A DNA stretch of 64,000 nt from positions 1-64,000 of the IMG/VR virus record IMGVR_UViG_3300014913_000007. One strand, written 5' to 3'. Shown here piece by piece: positions 54,931 to 64,000 of this stretch (within the stretch, counting starts at the first letter, position 1; each line of letters begins with the position of its first letter). The notes beneath the pieces were generated by a model. That model was not told where the DNA came from. It made no database searches and saw nothing but the letters and a program-made list of their open reading frames with translations. The position numbers and the translations under genes were made by a program. Source of the stretch: a virus.

Positions 54931-56364
54931 ATGAGTAAAATCTTACCACAAAATGAGCATCAATTAGATATATGTGGAGACTCCATCTTCGGTAGGGTGG
55001 GGTTCTCTGTCACGTTAGACAGTCTACTGATGCTTTCTAACTCTATAGCTAATTACTGTGCCCACTATAATATTAATAATATATACTTCGGGTATGACTC
55101 TTCTACGTGGGGTAAGCTTTTTGTGGAAGAAGTGTTGGCTAACAGGTTACATAACTTAGGGTATCAAATAACCTTAATTGATGGTAGTTGTCCTATTTTT
55201 CAATTAAGTTGGACTGTAAAACAACAAACAGAGTTAACTAAAGGTTCTAAGGATACACTAGGAATATATGTAGGTACTGACTCATCTTACCCAGACAATC
55301 TCTCTATACATTTTAGAAATAGTGAAGGCTTCCCCTTAACCGAAAGCGAGGTGGCTACAATAGTCTCACATTCAGCAAGTACAGCAGCACTGTTAGAATG
55401 TCCCGAAGATGATTCCCTTAAGATAGATCTCAGTGAATATTCAAAATATTTATTAAAACTGAGACTATTTCCCAAGTCTGGATTAAAATCTTCTGGAAAA
55501 ATAAATATAGATACAATGTTTGGCTCATCTGAAACCTTAGTAGATGAAGTTGTAAAGCATTTCTCACTTTCTGGAGACATTTTCAATAGAGCAACAGTAC
55601 CTAATAGAATTGTAAATTACCTACCTATACCCACTGGGAGCTTCTTAAAATGGAAGCTAGATAAGTGTCAGTATCACTTCGCTATTGATGGGGATGGGGA
55701 TTCAGTAGGAGTTTTAGATCCTGTGCAAGAATTAGAGATCAGTCCTAGTAGTCTCTACATGATATTTATTAAATACTTAGTTGAGATTAAAAAGAAGAAA
55801 GGAACTATCTATATATCTAAAGCACTAAGTGATCGGGTAGCTGTAGTTGCAAAACATTATGGACTAAGAGTAAAGTGGGTAGATTCCGGGGTGGATGGCT
55901 TCTCTCAGGCATTACGAAGAAGTGATAAGAGATCAGCTCTAATGTATGGAGATGAGACTGGTGGATTCTGGTTTAAAGGGGATACCCCTGATAGGAACAG
56001 TATACTAACTATTCTAATATTAGTCTCTGCCTGTAATAGGTTTAATAAATCTCCAGGACAGTTAGTTGATGTAATAACTGATGAGCTATTAGATTCAAGC
56101 TATCATTTTAACTTTTTGGAAGTATCTAACCAATTTATAAGTAAAAGTAAGCTAGAAAAACTTCTAATAAAAGAACTATCACCTACTAAACAAGAACTTG
56201 GAAATACATCAGTTCTTAGGACAAGCAATGATGGCAAAATAGTAATAATAGATAAGAAAAAATATAAGTCTACTATAGTACTTATTGAGTCTATAGATGA
56301 TGCCGAAGTAAGGAATATAACTGACTACATTGATAAGGTAGGTTATAATGCTAGCAAAACTTAG
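54931..56364 (+). CDS. phosphohexomutase (PMM/PGM)-like protein, degenerate
   Basis: GYDS, DGDGD, GDETGG present; no SHNP phosphoserine motif. Confidence 0.7.
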   Translation: MSKILPQNEHQLDICGDSIFGRVGFSVTLDSLLMLSNSIANYCAHYNINNIYFGYDSSTWGKLFVEEVLANRLHNLGYQITLIDGSCPIFQLSWTVKQQTELTKGSKDTLGIYVGTDSSYPDNLSIHFRNSEGFPLTESEVATIVSHSASTAALLECPEDDSLKIDLSEYSKYLLKLRLFPKSGLKSSGKINIDTMFGSSETLVDEVVKHFSLSGDIFNRATVPNRIVNYLPIPTGSFLKWKLDKCQYHFAIDGDGDSVGVLDPVQELEISPSSLYMIFIKYLVEIKKKKGTIYISKALSDRVAVVAKHYGLRVKWVDSGVDGFSQALRRSDKRSALMYGDETGGFWFKGDTPDRNSILTILILVSACNRFNKSPGQLVDVITDELLDSSYHFNFLEVSNQFISKSKLEKLLIKELSPTKQELGNTSVLRTSNDGKIVIIDKKKYKSTIVLIESIDDAEVRNITDYIDKVGYNASKT

Positions 56365-56881
56365 TATACTAGTCTGTACTCTAATTCTGGCCACTGCTTG
56401 TATCGCAGAAGGAGTCCCTCCCTGTTATAATAAGGTTGATTGGGAAACTTCTCAGTACTCACATAAGAGTAGGGGAGAAGTAATCTTATATAAAGTACCA
56501 ACTAATTATGATATCAGTCCTACAAATCTTGCCTGTATAACAGTATTAGCATTAATAGAACTGAGAAAAAATGTACCTAATAGTATGGTAGTAGGTCTTA
56601 TAACTGAGGACTTTAGGCAAGCATTTATTGTTAAGTGGTCTATAGCTGATAACATGTTTGTACTTTTGGAGGTTTACATTCCAGAGAATCAAATATCTAG
56701 TCAAAGTAAGTTTACGGTGTATCCTAATCCTCTTAAGAGAATTCGGGAACTAATGGTAGTGAGTAGATTTCCTACTCCAGATGAGCTTCCTCCACAATTC
56801 AAGAAGAAATTTAAAACTAACTACATGGTTACATCTGTAAGCCACATGAAGTCCTTATTTAATCCCGACGAAATCTACTAA
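56348..56881 (+). CDS. putative lipoprotein/secreted protein
   Basis: signal peptide ending LATAC. Confidence 0.55.
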   Translation: MLAKLSILVCTLILATACIAEGVPPCYNKVDWETSQYSHKSRGEVILYKVPTNYDISPTNLACITVLALIELRKNVPNSMVVGLITEDFRQAFIVKWSIADNMFVLLEVYIPENQISSQSKFTVYPNPLKRIRELMVVSRFPTPDELPPQFKKKFKTNYMVTSVSHMKSLFNPDEIY

Positions 56882-57733
56882 ATGAAACATCAATATAAGA
56901 TACAAAAAATGTTAGAATTAATACGGCCTGGATTATTGAAGGAATTAATAAGCAATGATGCCTCTATTTGCGGAGGTACTTGGACATCTTTATACTCAAA
57001 CACTAAAGTAAATGATCTTGATATATTTTTTAAAAATGTAGTTGATTATGTAAGTATGAAAATTTACATGTCAGTTAATACGACTAATTATACTCATTCT
57101 TTTGAATCTATAAATGCAGTAAGTTATCTGGACAATTTTTCAGGAAAAAAGATACAACTTATCAAAAAAAGGTATGGAGATACTACAGAAATTATAAATG
57201 AGTTTGATTTTATTTGTTGCATGTGTGGGTACTCCTTTAAAGAAGAGAAGATGTACTACCATGAAGATTTTATGAAACAAGCTAAGGATAAAAGAGTACA
57301 CTATAATTACAAATCGACTTCTGGAGTTATAGGTACGTTAATAAGAGTACAAAAGTATTCAGCTAGAGGCTTTGTAGTCAATCCTATAGACGTTACTAAG
57401 ATAGCACTTAAAGTTAATGAACTAAATTTTAATACCTTCCAAGATCTTTTAGACGAAGTAGAGTCCTATATTTACTACTTAGATAATGGTAAGACTTTAA
57501 AAGTACTCAAAGTACACAGAGATGAAGAGTTCTCTATTCCAAAGTTCCTAGAGTTGGTATCTAAGGTAGAGCATTCGGATATTATTAGGGATGATACTAC
57601 CCTGTGGGGAGATCCTGAGATACCTAACTGGGGAAAAGGTTTCAAAGGAGAAGTAGAAAAGCAGATATTAGAAGAAGTATACAAGAAAAAAGAAGTAGAA
57701 ATGAGTACAGATAACCCAAACATACCTTTTTAG
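56882..57733 (+). CDS. nucleotidyltransferase-like protein
   Basis: GG...NDLDIFF, FDF..C, R..KY..RGF. Confidence 0.7.
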   Translation: MKHQYKIQKMLELIRPGLLKELISNDASICGGTWTSLYSNTKVNDLDIFFKNVVDYVSMKIYMSVNTTNYTHSFESINAVSYLDNFSGKKIQLIKKRYGDTTEIINEFDFICCMCGYSFKEEKMYYHEDFMKQAKDKRVHYNYKSTSGVIGTLIRVQKYSARGFVVNPIDVTKIALKVNELNFNTFQDLLDEVESYIYYLDNGKTLKVLKVHRDEEFSIPKFLELVSKVEHSDIIRDDTTLWGDPEIPNWGKGFKGEVEKQILEEVYKKKEVEMSTDNPNIPF

Positions 57734-57739
57734 GAGCAT

Positions 57740-58246
57740 ATGTTTTACGATAAAAATTATATTAATATTAAAAAGATTAAACTACTGTGGATAACTAATC
57801 AATATGATGGTCCACTTTCAGGAGTGTGTATCTACAAATATCGACTGTGCTATTTCGATATGTGTATCTGGGGAGGATATGAACCACTTGTAATCGACAC
57901 TGACATGTATAATAAATTACATGCCTTTATGAAAACCTCACCAAATGCTTTTAAATTTCCAGCTTATGAAAATGGCTTTAGAGATGTTTGTTTTCATATG
58001 AAGATAGACGGTACTATGGAAAACTTTTACTATGATGGTGAGGATGATAGTTTTAGTATGTCTATTCCCAGGATACATAACTTATACAAGCTATCACTAA
58101 AGCAATTCTTATTACAATCTTATATTGCATTACAATTTAGATTTAATAGAGAGAAATACTACAGGTTAAATACTAAGTATAATGTTAAAAACGAGTTTAT
58201 GGAAAGTGTAAATAAAGATAATTTTATATGTAAAATAGGATATTAA
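57740..58246 (+). CDS. hypothetical phage protein
   Basis: YDGPLSG motif; AGGAG SD. Confidence 0.7.
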   Translation: MFYDKNYINIKKIKLLWITNQYDGPLSGVCIYKYRLCYFDMCIWGGYEPLVIDTDMYNKLHAFMKTSPNAFKFPAYENGFRDVCFHMKIDGTMENFYYDGEDDSFSMSIPRIHNLYKLSLKQFLLQSYIALQFRFNREKYYRLNTKYNVKNEFMESVNKDNFICKIGY

Positions 58247-59112
58247 TGAAAGAAATTAAGGTACTAGATAAAGGATTTGTACGTCTTGTAGATCATATGG
58301 GAGATGACGCTGCCATAGTACAGATGGCCAGGACATCTTATGGAAAGGGTACTAAAACTATAAATGAAGATAAAGGTCTTATAAGGTATCTAATGAGACA
58401 TAAACATACTTCACCTTTCGAATCTTGTGAATTTAAGTTCCATATGAAGTTGCCAATTTTCGTGGCTCGGCAGATGATTCGACATAGGACTGCCTCCGTA
58501 AATGAGATCTCGGCTAGGTACTCAGAACTACCTGCAGAATACTACATACCTGGAAAAGATAGAATTGTAGCTCAATCCACATCTAATAAACAATGCAGTT
58601 CGGCTAACCGACTCGGAGATATGGGAAAATTTATAACTAGTTTCGATGCCGAAGCTGGAAAAGCACACCTTCTCTACTCAGATAGACTGTCTTTAGGTCT
58701 AACTAGGGAAATTGCCAGGGTAAATCTACCCCTTTCCACTTATACAGAGTGGTATTGGAAGATGGATTTGCATAACTTATTGCATTTTCTGAAACTTAGG
58801 CTGCATCCACATGCTCAGTGGGAGATCAGAGTATACGCTGAGGCGATTTATGAATTAATAAAACCAATAGTACCAGATACTTGTGAAGCTTTTGAAGATT
58901 ATATTCTAAACGCTACTCATCTAACTTCCATAGATACTGAAGCTCTAAGTGTATTATTAACTGAGATCCTTAATGGACAGGTAACTGAGGACAATAAGTT
59001 CAAGACTACTTTAAATAAAATAGCAACTGCACATTTTAACAATAGTAGAGAAAAAACAGAGTTTATCAGTAAAATTAATAAACTATTTAAAAGCTCTAAA
59101 AAGAATAAATAA
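58246..59112 (+). CDS. thyX: FAD-dependent thymidylate synthase
   Basis: HTSPFE, RHRTASVNEISARY, REIAR..LP, HAQWEIR. Confidence 0.95.
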   Translation: MKEIKVLDKGFVRLVDHMGDDAAIVQMARTSYGKGTKTINEDKGLIRYLMRHKHTSPFESCEFKFHMKLPIFVARQMIRHRTASVNEISARYSELPAEYYIPGKDRIVAQSTSNKQCSSANRLGDMGKFITSFDAEAGKAHLLYSDRLSLGLTREIARVNLPLSTYTEWYWKMDLHNLLHFLKLRLHPHAQWEIRVYAEAIYELIKPIVPDTCEAFEDYILNATHLTSIDTEALSVLLTEILNGQVTEDNKFKTTLNKIATAHFNNSREKTEFISKINKLFKSSKKNK

Positions 59113-59134
59113 TTTACTCAAAGGAGAAATACTT

Positions 59135-59860
59135 ATGACTTATAAAGGTATAGCTTGCTTCGCTGCTTTAAACCCTAAATTCCCTACTAGGAGAGTTTTA
59201 AAGGCTTTTCCAAAAGGTCTAGAGAAGCCTTGCACAGCTATTTTATATGAACTATTTGGGAATGATTGGACATTTGTAAAAAAGTTTTGTTCAAAGTTCA
59301 GTGACAGAGATCATTGTATTGAATGGCACTTATGTTTTAGAAATCCAATATCAATCTCAGAAATGAAACTGAGAATAGACGAGATACTTACGAATATGCA
59401 AATCTATGGAAATGCTAATACAAAGTTCATTGTATGTCCGGTGCTAGAAGATGACTGCTCTAATGTACAATTTAAAAGAATATACAAAAAACTGAAAAAG
59501 AATTATGACTTTTTAATTGTTAGAAATCCTTGTATGGGTGAGGATAGTATTAAATTTTGTGATTTTGAAGAACATCATGGGAAAACACCTAAATATAAAA
59601 AAAGAAAGAATAAAAGAATCTACAATCCTGATGGAGTGTCTGTAGACTTTGAAGACGGTGATAAATACTTTAACAGGTTCAGTGTTGATCAATTTAAACA
59701 AGTAGTCAATGATGATTTGTTCATGTGGATTATCTGGTATGCCCCACTTCAAGGTTTTAAAAATTGCTCAGGTTGGACAGATAAGCCACCTATTGAAAAA
59801 CGGAAGTATAAAATATCTGGAAAAGCAATAAGAGGTATGAGAAGTTTACTAGAAGATTGA
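59135..59860 (+). CDS. hypothetical phage protein
   Basis: AAGGAG SD, 241 aa. Confidence 0.75.
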   Translation: MTYKGIACFAALNPKFPTRRVLKAFPKGLEKPCTAILYELFGNDWTFVKKFCSKFSDRDHCIEWHLCFRNPISISEMKLRIDEILTNMQIYGNANTKFIVCPVLEDDCSNVQFKRIYKKLKKNYDFLIVRNPCMGEDSIKFCDFEEHHGKTPKYKKRKNKRIYNPDGVSVDFEDGDKYFNRFSVDQFKQVVNDDLFMWIIWYAPLQGFKNCSGWTDKPPIEKRKYKISGKAIRGMRSLLED

Positions 59861-59957
59861 ATATTTAATACTGTAATATCATAGCTTTATATATCTTGAA
59901 TAGTAACAAAAGATATGATATACTAATTAATAATAGATTTAAATAAGGAGTAATCTT

Positions 59958-60560
59958 ATGTCAGGAACGGTGGAAATAATAGATAGTAAAATAGATAATC
60001 CAATATTAGAAAAATTGACTGCCAAATTTGAAGAAAGTTCCCTAAAAAAGAAGGGCAAATTTTCTTATATACCTGAACCTTTGGTTAGAGAAAGACTTCA
60101 GGAAGTTTTGGGCTTTAACTGGAGCTTTGAAATTACTTCAGAGACTAATACTCTTTTTAAAAATAATGAAGCTGTTGTAATCCGTGGAAAACTAACTGCA
60201 TACCTTCCTAGTGGTAGAGTAGTAGTTAGAGAAGGTTATGGTGGAGCACTTAGGGATAACGGAATGTCTGCGGGAGATCCTCAAAAAAGTGCAGCTTCAA
60301 ATGCGCTTAAGAAAGCAGCTTACTTATTAGGAGTTGGGTCCTACTTAGGAACAGATGGTTTAGAGAGTCAAGATGATACTACTAGTTGGGGAAGCTCTAA
60401 TAGCTCTGGTTATGGTTCTAACAACGCTTCTGGTAATTCTGGGTGGGGAGCAGGCCCTGCACCTGGTTCAACGGCTGCTCCAACTGCTCCAGCTGCTCCG
60501 GTACAAGAGGCCCCAGTTCCAACACCTGGTTCAACGGGTGGTACTCCTAGTGGTTGGTAA
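59958..60560 (+). CDS. Sak/Rad52-like single-strand annealing protein
   Basis: FSYI....V.ERL..VLG..WSFEI, REGYG, KSAASNALKKAA..LGVG. Confidence 0.85.
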   Translation: MSGTVEIIDSKIDNPILEKLTAKFEESSLKKKGKFSYIPEPLVRERLQEVLGFNWSFEITSETNTLFKNNEAVVIRGKLTAYLPSGRVVVREGYGGALRDNGMSAGDPQKSAASNALKKAAYLLGVGSYLGTDGLESQDDTTSWGSSNSSGYGSNNASGNSGWGAGPAPGSTAAPTAPAAPVQEAPVPTPGSTGGTPSGW

Positions 60561-60587
60561 TTCCTTTTAATTTGGGAGAAAATTCCT

Positions 60588-62393
60588 TTGAAAGTAAGAA
60601 AAACCTACATTAGAAACTTATCCAAAACAATTAAAATAATTGAAACTGAGACTAAAAAAGAAGTATCCACTGACTTAACTACACTAGAAACAGATATTTC
60701 AGAAATAACTTATAAATCTTGGGTACTAGAAACTTACATCGTAGGTATCAATGAGGTCTTTGATCTAGTGTTAACTTATTCAAAGAATGAGGAGGAAGCT
60801 ACAGCTCTAAAAAACGACTTGTTTAGAGAAACTATAAAGATAAATCCCTACCTAGATCCAAATGACTTGTATATAGATGTAAATCAAATTACACTAACTA
60901 AAACTCCAAATCAACTAGTAGAGTCTAAACATTGGAAAACAAATGAAGATACCTCTAATATACCTATTATATCTGACTTCCACAAATACTTTGAAATGTC
61001 TAAACAAGTTAGAGGACACGACCATTCAGTAGAAACTGCGTTCAGTGAAGTTCTTAACATGGGTATAAAAATAAGAATATTTAACAAAAAAATTAGGGAC
61101 TCACTTGTATTTGGATTTGACCCTAAATCAGAGCAAGCTGTTAAATATCATACTATTGTAACGTGTGTAGATAGCCTACATGATCTTCTTACACTAATAA
61201 AAAGTGATCCTAATAAGAAACAAATACCCTTCTCACATATTTTGGAAGATCTGTTTAACTGGTCTATATTGCATAATCCTTTTCTTGATTTAAAGATCAA
61301 AGATATTAAGAAGATAAACAAAACTACTAAAGAGTTTGTCCAAGCAGTAGGTAAGGAAGATACTAAAGAAGTTACCAAAAAAGGCAGAACACATATAAGC
61401 CAAGTACCTAGAGAGGAGATACTAGCTTTAGAGGAAACACTATTAAGTCAGATATTCGGGCAAGATACTGCAGTAAAAGCCGTATCTGATGCCTATAAGA
61501 GAGCCTTTAGTGGAGTTAAGAATCCTACTTCTCCAATAGGGTGCTTCCTGCTCTATGGAGGAACTAGTACTGGTAAAACTGAGTTAGCTAGAGTGTTAGG
61601 TAAACTGCTAACGAAGAGCCATAGAGGGCTTATAAAGATACCTTGTAATACCCTCCAGGCTGCCCACAGTGTGGCTACGTTGATCGGTGCCCCTCCAGGG
61701 TATGTAGGCTACGAAGATGGCTGTCTGGCCGAAAATATGAAGGATAGCAGCTTCAAGGTGGTACTCTTCGATGAGCTAGATAAGGCTCACCCTAATATAT
61801 ACGATCTAGTACTTGAGATGATAGAAGAAGGTAAACTTTTAATCTCTAATGGTGAGGTACTAGATTTTACTCAATGTCTAATACTATTTACCAGTAACAT
61901 GGGTCAGCAGGCAGCTCAAAAGGGTACTTCTAAGAGTGGATTCTCCTCTAACATAGGAAATAAAGATAAGCTAAAAGCAGATGAGTACTTAAGGATTATA
62001 GAGAGAGACATAAAGCCTGAGTTCCTGGCTAGGTTAAACGGAAAATTCTACTTTCCAGATTTAAGTGATGAAACTCTAGAAAAAACAGGGAGAAGATACT
62101 TAGAAATAAGAACTGAACACCTTAAACAGAATAAAATTCACTTTTCATACCCTGATGCCTTACCTGAGGTAGTTCTAGAACGCTGTAGTACAGCGAACCC
62201 AAAGGGATTTCATGCTAGAGAGTTAAACAATTATATAGAATCTGAAATAATACAGAAGTTAGGTAACTATATGATTAGATCGGAGCTTACAGGGAAACGT
62301 AATGTATCCATAGGGTTATCTGTAACACCTACTGGTTACACTTTTAGGAAGAAAGCTAAGAAAGTAGAGAAAAGAACTAAAAAGAAAGATTGA
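60588..62393 (+). CDS. ClpA/ClpB-like AAA+ ATPase (only the D2 module)
   Basis: IFGQD.AV, GGTSTGKTE, LIGAPPGYVGY, LFDELDKAHP, TSN, PEFLARL. Confidence 0.85.
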   Translation: MKVRKTYIRNLSKTIKIIETETKKEVSTDLTTLETDISEITYKSWVLETYIVGINEVFDLVLTYSKNEEEATALKNDLFRETIKINPYLDPNDLYIDVNQITLTKTPNQLVESKHWKTNEDTSNIPIISDFHKYFEMSKQVRGHDHSVETAFSEVLNMGIKIRIFNKKIRDSLVFGFDPKSEQAVKYHTIVTCVDSLHDLLTLIKSDPNKKQIPFSHILEDLFNWSILHNPFLDLKIKDIKKINKTTKEFVQAVGKEDTKEVTKKGRTHISQVPREEILALEETLLSQIFGQDTAVKAVSDAYKRAFSGVKNPTSPIGCFLLYGGTSTGKTELARVLGKLLTKSHRGLIKIPCNTLQAAHSVATLIGAPPGYVGYEDGCLAENMKDSSFKVVLFDELDKAHPNIYDLVLEMIEEGKLLISNGEVLDFTQCLILFTSNMGQQAAQKGTSKSGFSSNIGNKDKLKADEYLRIIERDIKPEFLARLNGKFYFPDLSDETLEKTGRRYLEIRTEHLKQNKIHFSYPDALPEVVLERCSTANPKGFHARELNNYIESEIIQKLGNYMIRSELTGKRNVSIGLSVTPTGYTFRKKAKKVEKRTKKKD

Positions 62394-62446
62394 AAATAAC
62401 CTCAACCTGTGGTATAATATACTTATAATTAATGTAGGAGTCAATT

Positions 62447-63211
62447 ATGCCATATATACTACCAGAAGATAGAAAAAAATTCGATAAGACTATTCTAAAG
62501 TTAGCTAAGAAGTTACGAAAATTCAAAGGCAAGGAGAAGTACACTAGAACTTCCAGTGTAATCTTAGACACGTTCTTGCAGTTTTACAATTACCAGTTTC
62601 GCTATGCAGACATAAATGAAATTATGGGTGTACTTACATGCGCTCTAGAAGAGTGGATGCGAAGGAAGGACGGGGTTGAAGGTTATACAGATAATTCAAC
62701 TGTGTTCGGAGAGGCTTTAATACCTTACGGAGGTGAATACGACTTAATTGAAGAACTTTCTGATTTGCTGAAATGTAACACATCACTATCAGGAACAGCT
62801 GGAAATTTCAACTACTGTATAACAAAGCTTCTTACTGAAGTGTTTTCACCTCTTGACAAATTAACTGCAGTAGATCGTGAGGAAGTACCTAGTATACTAG
62901 CTACAGTACGTGGATTTTTCTATGACAATTATGCAATACCCTACGAAGATACTAAGGTAGATATGAATGGAGATGTATTTTATTCCAAGGAAAAAAGGTC
63001 AGTAAAAAAGAAAATTCAAAAAGAATTTAAACAGCAAGTAGAAGAGAATCTAGGTAAACAGATAGAATTATGCGGTGAGGCTTTTAGAGACGTAGATCTG
63101 GACGAAATTGATGAGCCTGATCCCACCTGGAAAGATATAGCCATTATTTTAGGCTCTACTATTTTCTTAGCTGGATTAGTAACTATGTCAATTCTTAACG
63201 CAGTATTTTAA
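62447..63211 (+). CDS. conserved phage protein (MPYI...PYED.K...NGDV family)
   Basis: internally duplicated motif, C-terminal TM. Confidence 0.7.
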   Translation: MPYILPEDRKKFDKTILKLAKKLRKFKGKEKYTRTSSVILDTFLQFYNYQFRYADINEIMGVLTCALEEWMRRKDGVEGYTDNSTVFGEALIPYGGEYDLIEELSDLLKCNTSLSGTAGNFNYCITKLLTEVFSPLDKLTAVDREEVPSILATVRGFFYDNYAIPYEDTKVDMNGDVFYSKEKRSVKKKIQKEFKQQVEENLGKQIELCGEAFRDVDLDEIDEPDPTWKDIAIILGSTIFLAGLVTMSILNAVF

Positions 63212-63224
63212 TTACCGAAGTATA

Positions 63225-63515
63225 ATGAATAAAAAGCAAATAGAAAAACACATTAAATTCGCTCAACGGTATGGTGGAAATCCTATAACTGCATCTGGAA
63301 TATTACCTAAGAACGGCAGATTTTATGGATTAGATCCTGCATATGAACTACCTGAGCCTACTACAAAAACACATAAAGAACAACAACTGGAAAACATAGA
63401 GGGAACCTTTCAAGAAGTTGAAAATTTTGAGAGTAAACTACGTAGAGATGCTACTAAAAAGGCAAATAAAACTATTTTAGATTCAATTGTAGGTAGTATA
63501 ACAACTAGTGAATAA
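63225..63515 (+). CDS. hypothetical phage protein
   Basis: ORF track. Confidence 0.65.
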   Translation: MNKKQIEKHIKFAQRYGGNPITASGILPKNGRFYGLDPAYELPEPTTKTHKEQQLENIEGTFQEVENFESKLRRDATKKANKTILDSIVGSITTSE

Positions 63516-63825
63516 AGTAAAACAATTAGAAGAAATAGAAAACACATTTAAGGAGATAGATGCAGTACTAGATCCTAATAAGTCTTTAGTATCTAACAGT
63601 GACTTTCTCACTATGCAGCAACTAAACGCAACTATATCAAATTATGACTCTGGTATTAGTCTAGATACTAATAATGTAATTACTAACAGAATGGAACCGG
63701 AGGAATTTGTGCTCCCAAATGTTAGGCCAGCCTGCCCAATAACTGGTCAAATGTATGTTGATCCAGGTCTTGATGAGTTGTGGATCTATATGTACTCTGA
63801 ATGGAAAAAGGTCAATCTTAGTTGA
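63508..63825 (+). CDS. hypothetical phage protein
   Basis: shares QLE.IE.TF.E with previous ORF. Confidence 0.65.
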   Translation: MNKVKQLEEIENTFKEIDAVLDPNKSLVSNSDFLTMQQLNATISNYDSGISLDTNNVITNRMEPEEFVLPNVRPACPITGQMYVDPGLDELWIYMYSEWKKVNLS

Positions 63826-63856
63826 CATTCAATGTAATATAGGTTAAAATACAATT

Positions 63857-64000
63857 ATGGGAAAAAATAAAATACCACTAGATAAACAAATTGATACATG
63901 CAATAGAAGAATTCAAGGACATTTAAATAATCCTAATTCTAATCCAGAAAGATTATTTAGATTGCTTGAAAGACTCGCTAAATTAGAAAATCTCGTACCT
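63857..64000 (+). CDS. partial leaderless ORF running off window end
   Basis: TTGACA-N17-TAAAAT at 63822-63850, ATG 6 nt later, open to end. Confidence 0.6.
   Translation, partial: MGKNKIPLDKQIDTCNRRIQGHLNNPNSNPERLFRLLERLAKLENLVP

Noticed and set aside
233-62571. Many antisense ORFs (e.g. 233..445, 3032..3220, 17288..17557, 19446..19754, 37718..38086, 38976..39407, 55287..55586)
   Set aside because: Shadow frames opposite well-supported genes, Ser/Phe/Leu-rich, no SD or promoter.
1-64000. Stop-codon reassignment
   Set aside because: Long conserved genes are intact in code 11 and end at TAA, TAG and TGA.

Overview
AT-rich segment of a large (jumbo-type) dsDNA bacteriophage genome, standard genetic code. 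No tRNAs, rRNAs or CRISPR array were seen. 1-8.2 kb is a leftward array of small acidic early-type genes. 8.2-19 kb is a repeat-rich control region plus an expanded family of small paralogues. 19-64 kb holds replication/recombination genes (RuvB-like, intein-containing SF2 helicase, SSB-like, SbcC-like, Sak/Rad52-like, ThyX, Dam-like), a tRNA/RNA repair and modification set (RtcB, Rnl5-type ligase, CCA enzyme, RlaP-like nucleotidyltransferase, RlmN-like radical SAM), a sigma70-family sigma factor, a hybrid histidine kinase plus a REC-HPt protein, and a ribosomal protein S2 homologue not linked to tsf. The strongest signals are non-coding. (1) About 35 copies of TAAAGTTT-N11/12-G[ACT]CGATA, the sigma28/FliA promoter consensus. 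(2) About 20 genes whose ATG sits at the predicted transcription start (leaderless mRNAs); together with the altered phage S2 this suggests ribosome reprogramming towards S1-independent translation. (3) Nine sigma54 -24/-12 boxes, all ending in TAGATC, several pointing at no gene. (4) A microsatellite-expanded promoter spacer, candidate structured ncRNAs and several other operator-like repeat families. All family calls come from motif recognition by eye, not database searches. All functional models are hypotheses.
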